Below, piece by piece: positions 63,641-64,000 of a stretch of 64,000 bases of DNA. The notes beneath the pieces were generated by a model. That model was not told the origin of the DNA. It searched no databases and saw nothing but the letters and a program-made list of their open reading frames with translations. The number at the start of each line of letters is the position of its first letter. The first letter of the stretch is position 1. The DNA comes from Monocercomonoides exilis PA203. Taxonomy: Eukaryota; Protista; Preaxostyla. A program made the translations under genes and the position numbers. The DNA is taken from assembly GCA_001643675.2 (NCBI GenBank), contig LSRY02000008.1:372001-436000 (forward strand), in the 5' to 3' direction.

Positions 63641-64000
63641 TTGTTTCATTTCAAATGTTTGCCATTTGAGACAGAAAGGAACACAATTTATCATCTGAAT
63701 CAGATGGCATGGGAATATCTGAGCTGCAGTTTCACCACAGTTCAACAATTCTCATGACATTTGCTGAGCTTTGTCCTTTTCGAAGGACTTTTCCATCCTT
63801 CAACAAGAAATTAAGGATTCTCTTCAAAGAATTTCTTCTTCCATCCCATATATACAAATTCACTTTTGTTTTATCTTCTCTCTCAACTATTTTTTTAAAA
63901 TAAAGTCAAAATTTTAATTTTTATAAAGGAGAGTGATTTCTCTTTTTGTTTTGAAGAGTTTTGAAAATATCTTTATTCATTTGGAAAACTTTACAACACG

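Overview
AT-rich eukaryotic (protist-like) genomic DNA read in the standard genetic code. The short GTTTG..YAG introns, Ser/Glu-rich gene relics and abundant tyrosine-recombinase retrotransposons suggest an oxymonad such as Monocercomonoides, but this is inference only. The window opens with the 3' 9 kb of an outer-arm (gamma/DNAH5-type) axonemal dynein heavy chain. The rest is an accessory, element-rich region. It holds three genes encoding a 30-aa Trp/Met-rich tandem-repeat protein and two intact, divergent DIRS-type retrotransposons (gag, RT-RNaseH-MT, YR, ITRs, ICR). It also holds a two-intron Sola-type DDD transposase pseudogene with an in-frame ubiquitin-specific protease domain and a structured RNA candidate just downstream, a decayed Merlin transposon, several foldback/MITE-like elements and decayed multi-kb genes in duplicated units. 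The main leads are (1) an identical CGG_UUU_UUU_CG site near the end of gag in both DIRS elements, after which both alternative frames (RT in -1, YR in +1) stay open, suggesting one slippery site feeding three reading frames; (2) the USP-transposase fusion; and (3) the unit-shuffled 30-aa repeat family. All alignments were made by eye, so coordinates of degenerate features are approximate.
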